12,220 nucleotides of DNA, taken from Macrostomum hystrix (Eukaryota; Animalia; Platyhelminthes). Position numbers and translations under genes: made by a program. This document shows, piece after piece, positions 1 through 9,136 of this stretch (its first letter is position 1; each line of letters opens with the position of its first letter). The DNA is taken from positions 1-12,220 of the forward strand of contig CATNEN010000023.1 in the NCBI GenBank assembly GCA_950097015.1, in the 5' to 3' direction. Below the pieces are notes generated by a model that searched no databases, was not told the DNA's origin, and worked only from the letters and a program-made list of their open reading frames with translations.

Positions 1-3000
1 CCTTCGCCAAAAGTCACTCCGCCTAAGGTCACTCCGCCTGAAGTCTTTCGCCATGAGTTCAGCCTCCTAGTAAAGACATCCGCCTAAGCTCCCTCTGCCC
101 AAAATATATATCTGCGTGAGGTAAACCCGCCCAAATCAGCTCCGCCCAAAGCCGCTCCGCCCAAAGCCCCTTCGCCTAAAGTCACTCCGCCTGAAGTCAC
201 TCCACCTGAAGTCACTCGCCGTGAGTTCACTCTCCTACTAAAGACATCTGCCTAAGCGCCCTCCGCCCAAAATCTCTGCGTGAGGTAAACCCGCCCAAAG
301 CCGCGCCGAATAAAGTCACTCCGCCTGAAGTCACCACCTGAAGTCACTCGCCGTGAGTTCACTCTTCTATTAAAGACATCTGCCTAAGCGCCCTCCGCCA
401 AAAATCTCTGCGTGAGGTAAACCCGCCCAAATCAGCTCCGCCCATAGCCGCTCCGCCCAAAGCCGCGCCGAATAAAGACACTCCACCTGAAGTCACTCCA
501 CCTGAAATCACTCGCCGCGAGTTCACTCTCCCAATAAATACAATCGGCCTAAACTCACTCCGCCCAAAAACCCTACGCGTGAGGTGAACCCGCCCAAATC
601 AACTCCGCCCAAAGCCACTCCAAAAAAAGCCCCTTCGCCTAAAGTCACTCCGCCTGAAGTCACTCCACCTGAAGTCACTCGCCGTGAGTTCACTCTTCTA
701 TTAAAGACATCTGCCTAAGCGCCCTCCGCCAAAAATCTCTGCGTGAGGTAAACCCGCCCAAATCAGCTCCGCCCATAGCCGCTCCGCCCAAAGCCGCGCC
801 GAATAAAGACACTCCACCTGAAGTCACTCCACCTGAAATCACTCGCCGCGAGTTCACTCTCCTATTAAAGACATCTGCCTAAACTCACTCCGCCCAAAAA
901 CCCTACGCGTGAGGTGAACCCGCTCAAATCAACTCCGCCCAAAGCCACTCCAAAAAAAGCCCCTTCGCCTAAAGTCACTCCGCCTGAAAGTCACTCCACC
1001 TGAAGTCACTCGCCGTGAGTTCACCCTCCTAGTAAAGACATCCGCCTAAATTCTCTTCGCCCAAAATTACTCCGCGTGAGGTGAACCCGCCCCAAATCAA
1101 CTCCGCCCAAAGCCACTCCAAAAAGAGCCCCTTCGCCTAAAGTCACTCCGCCTGAAGTCACTCCGCTTGAAGTCACTCGCCGTGAGTTCACCCTCCTAGT
1201 AAAGACATCCGCCTAAACTCACTTCGCCCAAAATCACTCCGCGTGAGGTGAACCCGCCCCAAATCAACTCCACCCAAAGCCACTCCAAAAAGAGCCCTCG
1301 CCTAAAGTCACTCCGCCTGAAGTCACTCCGCTTGAAGTCACTCGCCGTGAGTTCACCCTCCTAGTAAAGACATCCGCCTAAACTCACTTCGCCCAAAATC
1401 ACTCCGCCTGAGGTGAACCCGCCCCAAATCAACTCCGCCCAAAGCCACTCCAAAAAGAGCCCCTTCGCCTAAAGTCACTCCGCCTGAAGTCACTCCGCTT
1501 GAAGTCACTCGCCGTGAGTTCACCCTCCTAGTAAAGACATCCGCCTAAACTCTCTTCGCCCAAAATTACTCCGCGTGACGTGAACCCGCCCCAAATCAAC
1601 TCCTCCCAAAGCCACTCTAAAAAGAGCCCCTTCGCCTAAAGTCACTCCGCCTGAAGTCACTCCGCTTGAAGTCACTGGCCGTGAGTTCACCCTCCTAGTA
1701 AAGACATCCGCCTAAACTCACTTCGCCCAAAATCACTCCGCGTGAGGTGAACCGCCTCAAATCAACTCCGCCCAAAGCCACTCCAAAAAGAGCCCCTTCG
1801 CCTAAAGTCACTCCGCCTGAAGTCACTCCGCTTGAAGTCACTCGCCGTGAGTTCACCCTCCTAATAAAGACATCCGCCTAAAGTCTCTTCGCCCAAAATT
1901 ACTCCGCGTGACGTGAACCCGCCCCAAATCAACTCCGCCCAAAGCCACTCCAAAAAGAGCCCCTTCGCCTAAAGTCACTCCGTCTGAAGTCACTCCGCTT
2001 GAAATCACTCGCCGCGAGTTCACTCTCCCAATAAATACATCGGCCTAAACTCACTCCGCCCAAAAACCCTACGCGTGAGGTGAACCCGCCCAAATCAACT
2101 CCGCCCAAAGCCACTCCAAAAAAGCCCCTTCGCCTAAAGTCACTCCGCCTGAAGTCACTCCACCTGAAGTCACTCGCCGTGAGTTCACTCTTCTATTAAA
2201 GACATCTGCCTAAGCGCCCTCCGCCAAAAATCTCTGTGTGAGGTAAACCCGCCCAAATCAGCTCCGCCCATAGCCGCTCCGCCCAAAGCCGCGCCGAATA
2301 AAGTCACTCCGCCTGAAGTCACTCCACCTGAAATCACTCGCCGCGAGTTCACTTTCCCAATAAATACAATCCGCCTAAACTCACTCCGCCCAAAAACACT
2401 ACGCGTGAGGTGAACCCGCCCAAATCAACTCCGCCCAAAGCCACTCTAAAAAAAGCCCCTTCACCTAAAGTCACTCCGCCTAAAGTCACTCCACCTGAAG
2501 TCACTCGCCGTGAGTTCACCCTCCTGGTAAAGACATCCTCCTAAACTCACTTCGCCCAAAATTACTCCGCGTGAGGTTAACCCGCCCAAAGCCGCGCCGA
2601 ATAAAGTCACTCCGCCTGAAGTCACCACCTGAAGTCACTCGCCGTGAGTTCACTCTTCTATTAAAGACATCTGCCTAAGCGCCCTCCGCCAAAAATCTCT
2701 GCGTGAGGTAAACCCGCCCAAATCAGCTCCGCCCATAGCCGCTCCGCCCAAAGCCGCGCCGAATAAAGACACTCCACCTGAAGTCACTCCACCTGAAATC
2801 ACTCGCCGCGAGTTCACTCTCTTATTAAAGACATCTGCCTAAACTCACTCCGCCCAAAAACACTACGCGTGAGGTGAACCCGCTCAAATCAACTCCGCCC
2901 AAAGCCACTCCAAAAAAAGCCCCTTCGCCTAAAGTCACTCCGCCTGAAGTCACTCCACCTGAAATCACTCGCCGCGAGTTCACTCTCCCAATAAATACAA

Positions 3001-3910
3001 TCGGCCTAAACTCACTCTGCCCAAAAACACTCCGCGTGAGGTTAACCCGCCCCAAATCAACTCCGCCCAAAGCCACTCCAAAAAGAGCCCCTTCGCCTAA
3101 AGTCACTCCGCCTGAAGTCACTCCGCTTGAAGTCACTCGCCGTGAGTTCACCCTCCTAGTAAAGACATTCGCCTAAAGTCTCTTCGCCCAAAATTACTCT
3201 GCGCGACGTGAACCCGCCCCAAATCAACTCCGCCCAAAGCCACTCCAAAAAGAGCCCCTTCGCCTAAAGTCACTCCGCCTGAAGTCACTCCGCTTGAAGT
3301 CACTCGCCGTGAGTTCACCCTCCTAGTAAAGACATCCGCCTAAACTCACTTCGCCCAAAATCACTCCGCCTGAGGTGAACCCGCCCCAAATCAACTCCTC
3401 CCAAAGCCACTCTAAAAAAGATCCCCTTCGCCTAAAGTCACTCCGCCTGAAGTCACTCCGCTTGAAGTCACTCGCCGTGAGTTCACCCTCCTAGTAAAGA
3501 CATTTGCCTAAGCGCCCTCCGCCAAAAATCTCTGTGTGAGGTAAACCCGCCCAAATCAGCTCCGCCCATAGCCGCTCCGCCCAAAGCCGCGCCGAATAAA
3601 GTCACTCCGCCTGAAGTCACTCCACCTGAAATCACTCGCCGCGAGTTCACTTTCCCAATAAATACAATCCGCCTAAACTCACTCCGCCCAAAAACACTAC
3701 GCGTGAGGTGAACCCGCCCAAATCAACTCCGCCCAAAGCCACCCAAAAAAAGCCCCTTCACCTAAAGTCACTCCGCCTGAAGTCACTCCACCTGAAGTCA
3801 CTCGCCGTGAGTTCACCCTCCTGGTAAAGACATCCTCCTAAACTCACTTCGCCCAAAATTACTCCGCGTGAGGTTAACCCGCCCAAATCAACTCCGTCCT
3901 AAGCCACTCC
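1..3910. repeat. Tandem satellite array, ~24 monomers of 164-168 bp, each built of 11 degenerate ~15-bp subunits; runs off the left edge; lies in an intron of the minus-strand gene
   Basis: The GAGTTCA anchor recurs at 55, 223, 355, 519, 686, 850, 1017, 1184, 1349, 1516, 1683, 1849, 2016, 2181, 2345, 2512, 2646, 2810, 2976, 3144, 3311, 3479, 3643 and 3809. Subunits include TGAAGTCACTCCGCC, TAAAGTCACTCCGCC and CAAAGCCACTCCAAA. Two monomers are truncated (132 and 134 bp). Confidence 0.97.
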
Positions 3911-3938
3911 GAATTGACGAACCCGCTTGGTAACTCAC

Positions 3939-4031
3939 ATGTTGTTCAGCCGGTTCTGGATCTTCAGTTGCATCTGTGCACGTTGTCGAACTCGCCTTTG
4001 GCTCCGGAAGTACTTCCGTAAAGCGCCGAGC
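3939..4031 (-). CDS. Internal coding exon (93 nt, phase 0-0): ARRFTEVLPEPKASSTTCTDATEDPEPAEQH
   Basis: Minus-strand acceptor TTTTTGTCAG ends at 4032 and donor GTGAGT starts at 3938. The frame is open, and the exon is homologous to the 3' part of the exons at 5263-5397 and 6135-6269. Confidence 0.8.
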
Positions 4032-4529
4032 CTGACAAAAACAGAGAGTGGGAAGAACTTATGAGCTTAAAATATACAGCAATACACCTATAATATTTAT
4101 TTGCACAGGTAACATTCACGCAAGAACAATAAAAGATTTTTTTTAGAATTTCCTAAAATCCAGATTGGTCATTTGCATGCGCGAATTCCCCTACTTAAAC
4201 TTGTGTAATTTCATGGCACGACAGTAATAATATTTTCCATCAGAAAGTATTCATTACGAAAAATAATTATTAAAAAGCAAACTGTATGAAGGGTCACCAT
4301 ATCCGTTTAAATATCACAAAAAATCTTGCTTTTATGAGCATAAACATACAGTACTTCACATCTGGCAAAAGTAACAACACATAAGTGATTAAGAGTTAAG
4401 TGATTAAATATGGCAACACTTTTAATCACAGGCTGCTAGGTAATAGTTTGCCTCTCACTATCAGAATATGAAACATAAAGCAACTCTTGTACACAGTAAT
4501 GGCCATATAATCCGACAAAATCAATTCAT

Positions 4530-5135
4530 AATAGCTCCATCTTTCAGTGTGCCAAAAGTCGCACATATTGGCAGGTCAACTAATAAACAAACTTTTCAGA
4601 TTTTGTTCTTATTTTATCGCCTCCTCTCTCCAAATTCTACCCCTCTCATTATCACCACTCCATCTCCTCACAGGATCTCTTTTTATTCTGTCACTCTACT
4701 TGTCTACAAACTCGTCACTCTACATATATACATCACTCTTTACTCTACGCCTCGCCAACCGCCTCTCTTTTCTCACTCTACCCAACTCTCTCCGCTGACT
4801 CCAAGATTCTACTTCTTCAATCTACCTCTCATTATCTCCCCACTATACCCATATTTCTCTCCCTACTTACCCCTCTCTTTTCAAACTCTACCCACCCATT
4901 TCTCCTCCTTTATCTCCCCTCTCAGTCTGCTCACTTTACTATTCCCTACTAATCGCTCCCTACTTCCCACCCATTTTCTTCTGATCACCCTACGTCTCCC
5001 CACTCTACCCGCTCTCATTATCCTCACCCTTCCTGTCTCCATCCCCTTACTCTATTACTCTCTCTAATCACTTTACCTCTCTCCATCTCCTTACTCTACC
5101 TGTCCTTCTGCACACTTTATCTCACGCCTCGATTT
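4530..5135 (+). repeat. CT-rich dispersed element, copy 1 (~90-bp complex head plus pyrimidine-rich body)
   Basis: 4530-5114 aligns to 7943-8528, with the first ~130 bp identical; 4675-5135 aligns to 5540-6003. Confidence 0.9.
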
Positions 5136-5262
5136 GACCTAGATTATAAGTATAATTAAAATATAGCATGGAATAACTGCAAGTAATGGAATGAAAAATA
5201 GCCAAGTAATAGCCAAGAAATGTCTGCAAATTGGCAGCAATTTTACAAGTTTGGGAACTTAC

Positions 5263-5397
5263 CTGCTGGTCAGCCGGTACAAGATTTTCAGTTGCATTTG
5301 CGCAAGATTTCGACTGCGGATGCACAGTTGGCAGCTCTCTCGAACGCCTAGCCGAACCGTTAAACGCCGATGTCGAACGCATTTTCGGCACTGGACC
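5263..5397 (-). CDS. Internal coding exon (135 nt, phase 0-0), duplicate copy: GPVPKMRSTSAFNGSARRSRELPTVHPQSKSCANATENLVPADQQ
   Basis: Acceptor CTAATCATAAACACAACAG ends at 5398 and donor CAG|GTAAGT starts at 5262. Open frame of 45 codons. Confidence 0.78.
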
Positions 5398-5539
5398 CTG
5401 TTGTGTTTATGATTAGAATGCAATGGATGGTTATTTTGTGCTTCACAGCTAGAGTTCATTTGTCAAGACTGCGTGACTTACAGGGACAGATAAGATTAGG
5501 AGCCATAAGAGTTTGTTAAGGCAATCGTAGGTAAAAACA

Positions 5540-6003
5540 ATTTCTTTTTATTCTGTCACTCTACTTGTCTACCAACTCGTCACTCTACATATATGCATCA
5601 CTCTTTACTCTACGCCTCGCCAAACCGCCTCTCTTTTCTCACTCTACCCAACTCTCTCCGCTGACTCTAAGAGTATCTACTTCTTCAATCTTCCTCTCAT
5701 TCTCTCCCGACTATACCCATATTTCTCTCCCTACTCACCCCTCTCTTTTCATACTCTACCCACCCATTTCTCCTCCTTTATTTTCTCTCTCAGTCTGCTC
5801 ACTTTACGATTACCTACTAATCGCTCCCTACTTCCCACCCATTTTCTTCTGATCACCCTACCTCTCCCCACTCTACCCGCTCTCATTATCCTCACCCTTC
5901 CTGTCTCCATCCCCTTACTCTATTACTCTCTCTAATCACTTTACCTCTCTCCATCTACTTACTCTACCCGTCCTTCTGCACACTTTATCTCACGCCTCGA
6001 TTT
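5540..6003 (+). repeat. CT-rich dispersed element, copy 2 (lacks the head; part of the tandem duplication)
   Basis: Aligns to 4675-5135 and to 8098-8528. Confidence 0.9.
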
Positions 6004-6134
6004 GACCTAGATTATAAGTATAATTAAAATATAGCATGGAATAACTGCAAGTAATGGAATGAAAAATAGCCAAGTAATAAATAGCCAAGGAATGTCTGCA
6101 AATTGGCAGCAATTTTACAAGTTTGGGAACTTAC

Positions 6135-6269
6135 CTGCTGGTCAGCCGGTACAAGATTTTCAGTTGCATTTGCGCAAGATTTCGACCGCGGATGCACAGT
6201 TGGCAGCTCTCTCGAACGCCTAGCCGAACCGTTAAACGCCGATGTCGAACGCATTTTCGGCACTGGACC
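6135..6269 (-). CDS. Internal coding exon (135 nt, phase 0-0): GPVPKMRSTSAFNGSARRSRELPTVHPRSKSCANATENLVPADQQ
   Basis: Acceptor AG at 6271-6270 and donor GTAAGT at 6134. It differs from 5263-5397 by one substitution (CGG/CAG, R/Q). Confidence 0.8.
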
Positions 6270-6707
6270 CTGTTGTGTTTATGATTAGAATGCAATGGAT
6301 GGTTATTTTGTGCTTCACAGCTAGAGTTCATTTGTCAAGACTGCGTGACTTACAGGGACAGATAAGATTAGGAGCCATAAGAGTTTGTTAAGGCAATCGT
6401 AGGTAAAAACAATTGTGCTATTGGTTTTGAGCCCATTAAAGATTGGTCGTAAATCACATTTTTGAGACCTAATGGAGCTACTGCATGCTGCGCTGTAAAT
6501 TTGTGTTTTATCTTAAATTTGAAAAAATACTAGCACAGCCTCACGAGGTGAAAAAAAGGCTCACCACCTGAATGATATTTCATTTTTTATACGCGGGACA
6601 TCCATAAAAACTCTGAGTTCATAGCAGAGAATTAGAAAAAAACTAATTTTTAACTACGGAATAACTACTCTAAACTATTTAAGTACTTCTTTTTCGAACA
6701 ATTTTCT

Positions 6708-6763
6708 AAATCGAAGAGTGAGATTGAGTGAACAGACAGACGGGCAGAGTAAGGAGGGAGAGA
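6708..6763 (-). repeat. Diverged inverted fragment of the 3' end of the CT-rich element
   Basis: The reverse complement TCTCTCCCTCCTTACTCTGCCCGTCTGTCTGTTCACTCAATCTCACTCTTCGATTT resembles TCTCTCCATCTACTTACTCTACCCGTCCTTCTGCACACTTTATCTCACGCCTCGATTT (~5946-6003); aligned by eye. Confidence 0.55.
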
Positions 6764-6928
6764 TGTAGATTAAGAAAGGACGGTTATCTTCCTCAATATT
6801 TTGGGGTGCGAAACACGTTTGGGAGATAGTAATTCCATATAATAAAGAAATATGGCGGACAAAATGAAAATAGTTGGGCAGGACTAAAGGGGATATTGAA
6901 AGAGTGTCATATGGATGTCGTTTCTCAC

Positions 6929-7117
6929 CTGTGCTGATGATAAGCGCGATGGAAGTGGCACTACTTGTGGGTCTGTCACGATAGTGTCGCAATCGACTTC
7001 ATTGGCTTGACCATCAAGTCTGGCTGGTGCTGATGAAGTACATGACGGGTTCCGCCTTCTAGGTGCAGGTACCGGAATGGCGGGCCCAGCCGGAAATGCA
7101 GGCACGCTCGACGCCCT
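6929..7117 (-). CDS. Internal coding exon (189 nt, phase 0-0): RASSVPAFPAGPAIPVPAPRRRNPSCTSSAPARLDGQANEVDCDTIVTDPQVVPLPSRLSSAQ
   Basis: Acceptor CTTTCTAAATCTATACAG ends at 7118 and donor CAG|GTGAGA starts at 6928. A GC-richer island in AT-rich flanks, with an open frame matching ORF 6884-7153. Confidence 0.82.
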
Positions 7118-7372
7118 CTGTATAGATTTAGAAAGGACAGTAAGTTTTAACAAAAATTAATCTAAAATATCCAAAGGCCCTGATTTTTTCCAGCTTTCGC
7201 TAACTCCGCTATAAGTGAAAATAATGTAGTGCATAACTAAGATATCGATATTAGGATTGTTTTATGATACTAGTTAAAAAATAACCAAAAATACTAAATA
7301 ATATTTTTGTATTATCTGGTAACTATTTGCCTAAAAGTACCCATATTGAAATATTCGTAATAATCTACTCAC

Positions 7373-7561
7373 GCGCAAAATGACTTTTTTGTTGCCGGGA
7401 TCATCTAAAAAACTTTCGATTTTTGATTTTTCAGCATCCACTGCATCGAACGCATCGTCCAGGTGTTGCAGCGCAGCAGGACGTCTGTCCATCACAGGTC
7501 TGCCTTGACTCGTGTGAGTTCGATGTCGAGAAGAGGCCACAGAAGAAGCAGCTTTTCCAGC
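7373..7561 (-). CDS. Internal coding exon (189 nt, phase 0-0): AGKAASSVASSRHRTHTSQGRPVMDRRPAALQHLDDAFDAVDAEKSKIESFLDDPGNKKVILR
   Basis: Acceptor TTCACCTCAACACATAG ends at 7562 and donor GTGAGT starts at 7372. Open frame matching ORF 7331-7540, in phase with the next exon. Confidence 0.82.
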
Positions 7562-7625
7562 CTATGTGTTGAGGTGAAGGGAATAATCGTTATAATATTA
7601 TTACTGTTCGTAATAATTTTTTCAC

Positions 7626-7687
7626 CTGCCCATTGTGCAGCGCATCTGAAGGCTGCATACTGATGTTTAGTCCATGGAACAGAGGTC
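7626..7687 (-). CDS. Small exon (62 nt), open as PLFHGLNISMQPSDALHNGQ; possible start ATG at 7658
   Basis: Acceptor ACTAATAGTATAATCAG ends at 7688 and donor CAG|GTGAAA starts at 7625. A 64-nt intron leads to the next exon, and phase 0 at the donor matches it. Confidence 0.6.
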
Positions 7688-7848
7688 CTGATTATACTAT
7701 TAGTTAATAAAGTAATTCTCCGCCTCCTGCAACTACCTACTAATCTTTTTCCATTAAATGACGCCATATTTTCTAGCAAGATCTAGACTCCAACCCCTGT
7801 CATTAGATTTGCGTATCTTGTACTTTAGCTGCTTAATTGTGATGAAAA

Positions 7849-7938
7849 TAGGAAATTACTTTACGATTCCTAATATAAGAAACAAATCTGTATTTATAAA
7901 ATAAAAAAAACTTCAAATAGCTATATTAAAAATACTAA
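7849..7938 (+). repeat. Left copy of a ~90-bp AT-rich direct repeat flanking CT-rich element copy 3
   Basis: TAGGAAATTACTTTACGATTCCTAATATAAGAAACAAATCTGTATTT...AAAAATACTAA matches 8531-8621 with about 6 mismatches and 1 indel. Confidence 0.92.
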
Positions 7939-7942
7939 GTAA

Positions 7943-8528
7943 AATAGCTCCATCTTTCAGTGTGCCAAAAGTCGCACATATTGGCAGGTCAACTAATAAA
8001 CAAACTTTTCAGATTTTGTTCTTATTTTATCGCCTCCTCTCTCCAAATTCTACCCCTCTCATTATCACCACTACTTTCGTCTCCAACTCCTGACAGGATT
8101 TCTTTTTATTCTGTCACTCTACTTGTCTACCAACTAGTCACTCTACATATATACATCACTCTTTACTCTACGCCTCGCCAAACCGCCTCTCTTTTCTCAC
8201 TCTACCCAACTCTCTCCGCTTCTACTTCTTCAATCTACCTCTCATTATCTCCCCACTATACCCATATTTCTCTCCCTACTTACCCCTCTCTTTTCAAACT
8301 CTACCCACCCATTTCTCCTCCTTTATCTCCCCTCCAAGTCTGCTCACTTTACGATTCCCTACTAATCGCTCCCTACTTCCCACCCATTTCTTCTGATCAC
8401 CCTACGTCTCCCCACTCTACCCCCTCTCATTATCCTCACCCTTCCTCTCTCCATCCCCTCACTCTATTACTCTCTCTCTTATCACTTTTTCTCTCTCCAT
8501 ATCATTACTCTACCCGTCCTTCTGCACA
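7943..8528 (+). repeat. CT-rich dispersed element, copy 3
   Basis: Aligns to 4530-5114 and stops at TCTGCACA, ~20 bp short of the end shared by the other copies and the 6708-6763 fragment. Confidence 0.92.
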
Positions 8529-8530
8529 AT

Positions 8531-8621
8531 TAGGAAATTGCTTTACGATTCCTAATATAAGAAACAAATCTGTATTTACAAAATTAAAAAAAATTACAAA
8601 TAGCCATAGTAAAAATACTAA
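8531..8621 (+). repeat. Right copy of the ~90-bp direct repeat
   Basis: Matches 7849-7938. Confidence 0.92.
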
Positions 8622-8755
8622 TATATGGCTCAAACAGCTAAGATATTTTTTACTTGTGTTTTGTGCTATGGACTGGTTTTGTTTGCTTCATGCTAAATGT
8701 TAGTCTAACATTAAACTAACATAAAATAAATAGGAAACATATGAACTATACTTAC

Positions 8756-8890
8756 CATGCTGACTTCAGGTGTTGTAACTCGGCCTTCAAATCGCTTCCA
8801 CGTCGAAGGATGTGGGGGCAATGGCCTGTCCATCTTTAGGGCAGACTTTGCGGAATCAATGTATGCGAGGGCAAATTCACGAAGCAACAT
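8756..8890 (-). CDS. Probable first (or upstream) exon: (MLLREFALAYIDSAKSALK)MDRPLPPHPSTWKRFEGRVTTPEVSM
   Basis: Strong donor ATG|GTAAGT at 8755, with in-frame ATGs at 8890 and 8833 (AAGATGG context), directly downstream of GC boxes and a TATA-like motif. Its phase (0) does not match the next predicted exon, so coding status is uncertain. Confidence 0.45.
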
Positions 8891-8910
8891 TATGTGCTCA
8901 GACGAACCTA

Positions 8911-8990
8911 CTATATATCGAGCATTTAGCGGGGCGGGCGGGCGAGCGGGCGATCCTGGTTCGCTAGACAGCCAGCCAACCGCGTGGTTG
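8911..8990 (-). promoter_or_regulatory. Candidate Pol II promoter: stacked GC boxes, TATA-like motif, CpG-rich
   Basis: GGGGCGGGCGGGCGAGCGGGC at 8931-8951, TATATAG on the minus strand at ~8911-8917, and the near-palindrome CAACCGCGTGGTTG at 8977-8990. Confidence 0.5.
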
Positions 8991-9136
8991 CTAGAAAGAA
9001 TAAACCCCAACCCCAACCAGTCCCCACGCTAGCACTGCGGTTGCGGTAGTAACCAAGTAGTTATTGGAGACAGAATCATGAACACAATAATCATTCAAGG
9101 GCAACTCAGGCTTTTAACATACCAGTTGACCACAGT

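Larger units (their letters stand above)
4675..6414. repeat. Recent tandem duplication of ~870 bp (4675-5542 and 5540-6414) carrying a whole exon
   Basis: The exon-part offset is 872 bp. Both copies end in GTAGGTAAAAACAATT, and the junction at 5540-5542 overlaps by ATT. Confidence 0.95.

Noticed and set aside
1929-3176. Satellite ORFs resembling pentapeptide repeats (VDLGG/ADLGG, minus strand) or histone-H1-like TPPK repeats (plus strand)
   Set aside because: They are by-products of the 15-bp periodicity. Most monomers (164, 166, 167 bp) are not multiples of 3, so frames break every 1-2 units, and Ser often occupies the position that needs Leu/Phe.
5259-6331. CxxC...CxxC zinc-finger-like frame (QCRKC...SCQLC) in ORFs 5259-5459 and 6131-6331
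   Set aside because: This is an alternative frame of the duplicated exon. It is out of phase with the neighbouring phase-0 exons, and the Cys residues are absent from the same frame of the paralogous exon at 3939-4031.
6929-7561. Two adjacent exons both exactly 189 nt, suggesting another exon duplication
   Set aside because: Only a short ASSV match near the start and no convincing alignment, so probably coincidence.
7849-8621. TRIM / LTR retroelement interpretation of the direct repeats
   Set aside because: There are no TG...CA ends and no recognisable primer-binding site or polypurine tract, and the other copies of the internal sequence lack these flanks.
4468-8703. ORFs 4468-5067, 4547-4798, 5565-5852 and 7960-8703
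   Set aside because: They run through the pyrimidine-rich element, which lacks stops by composition. Homologous copies are frameshifted relative to each other, and the ORFs lie antisense within introns.
9003-9018. (AACCCC)n telomere-like motif
   Set aside because: Only about 2.5 units, which is expected by chance.
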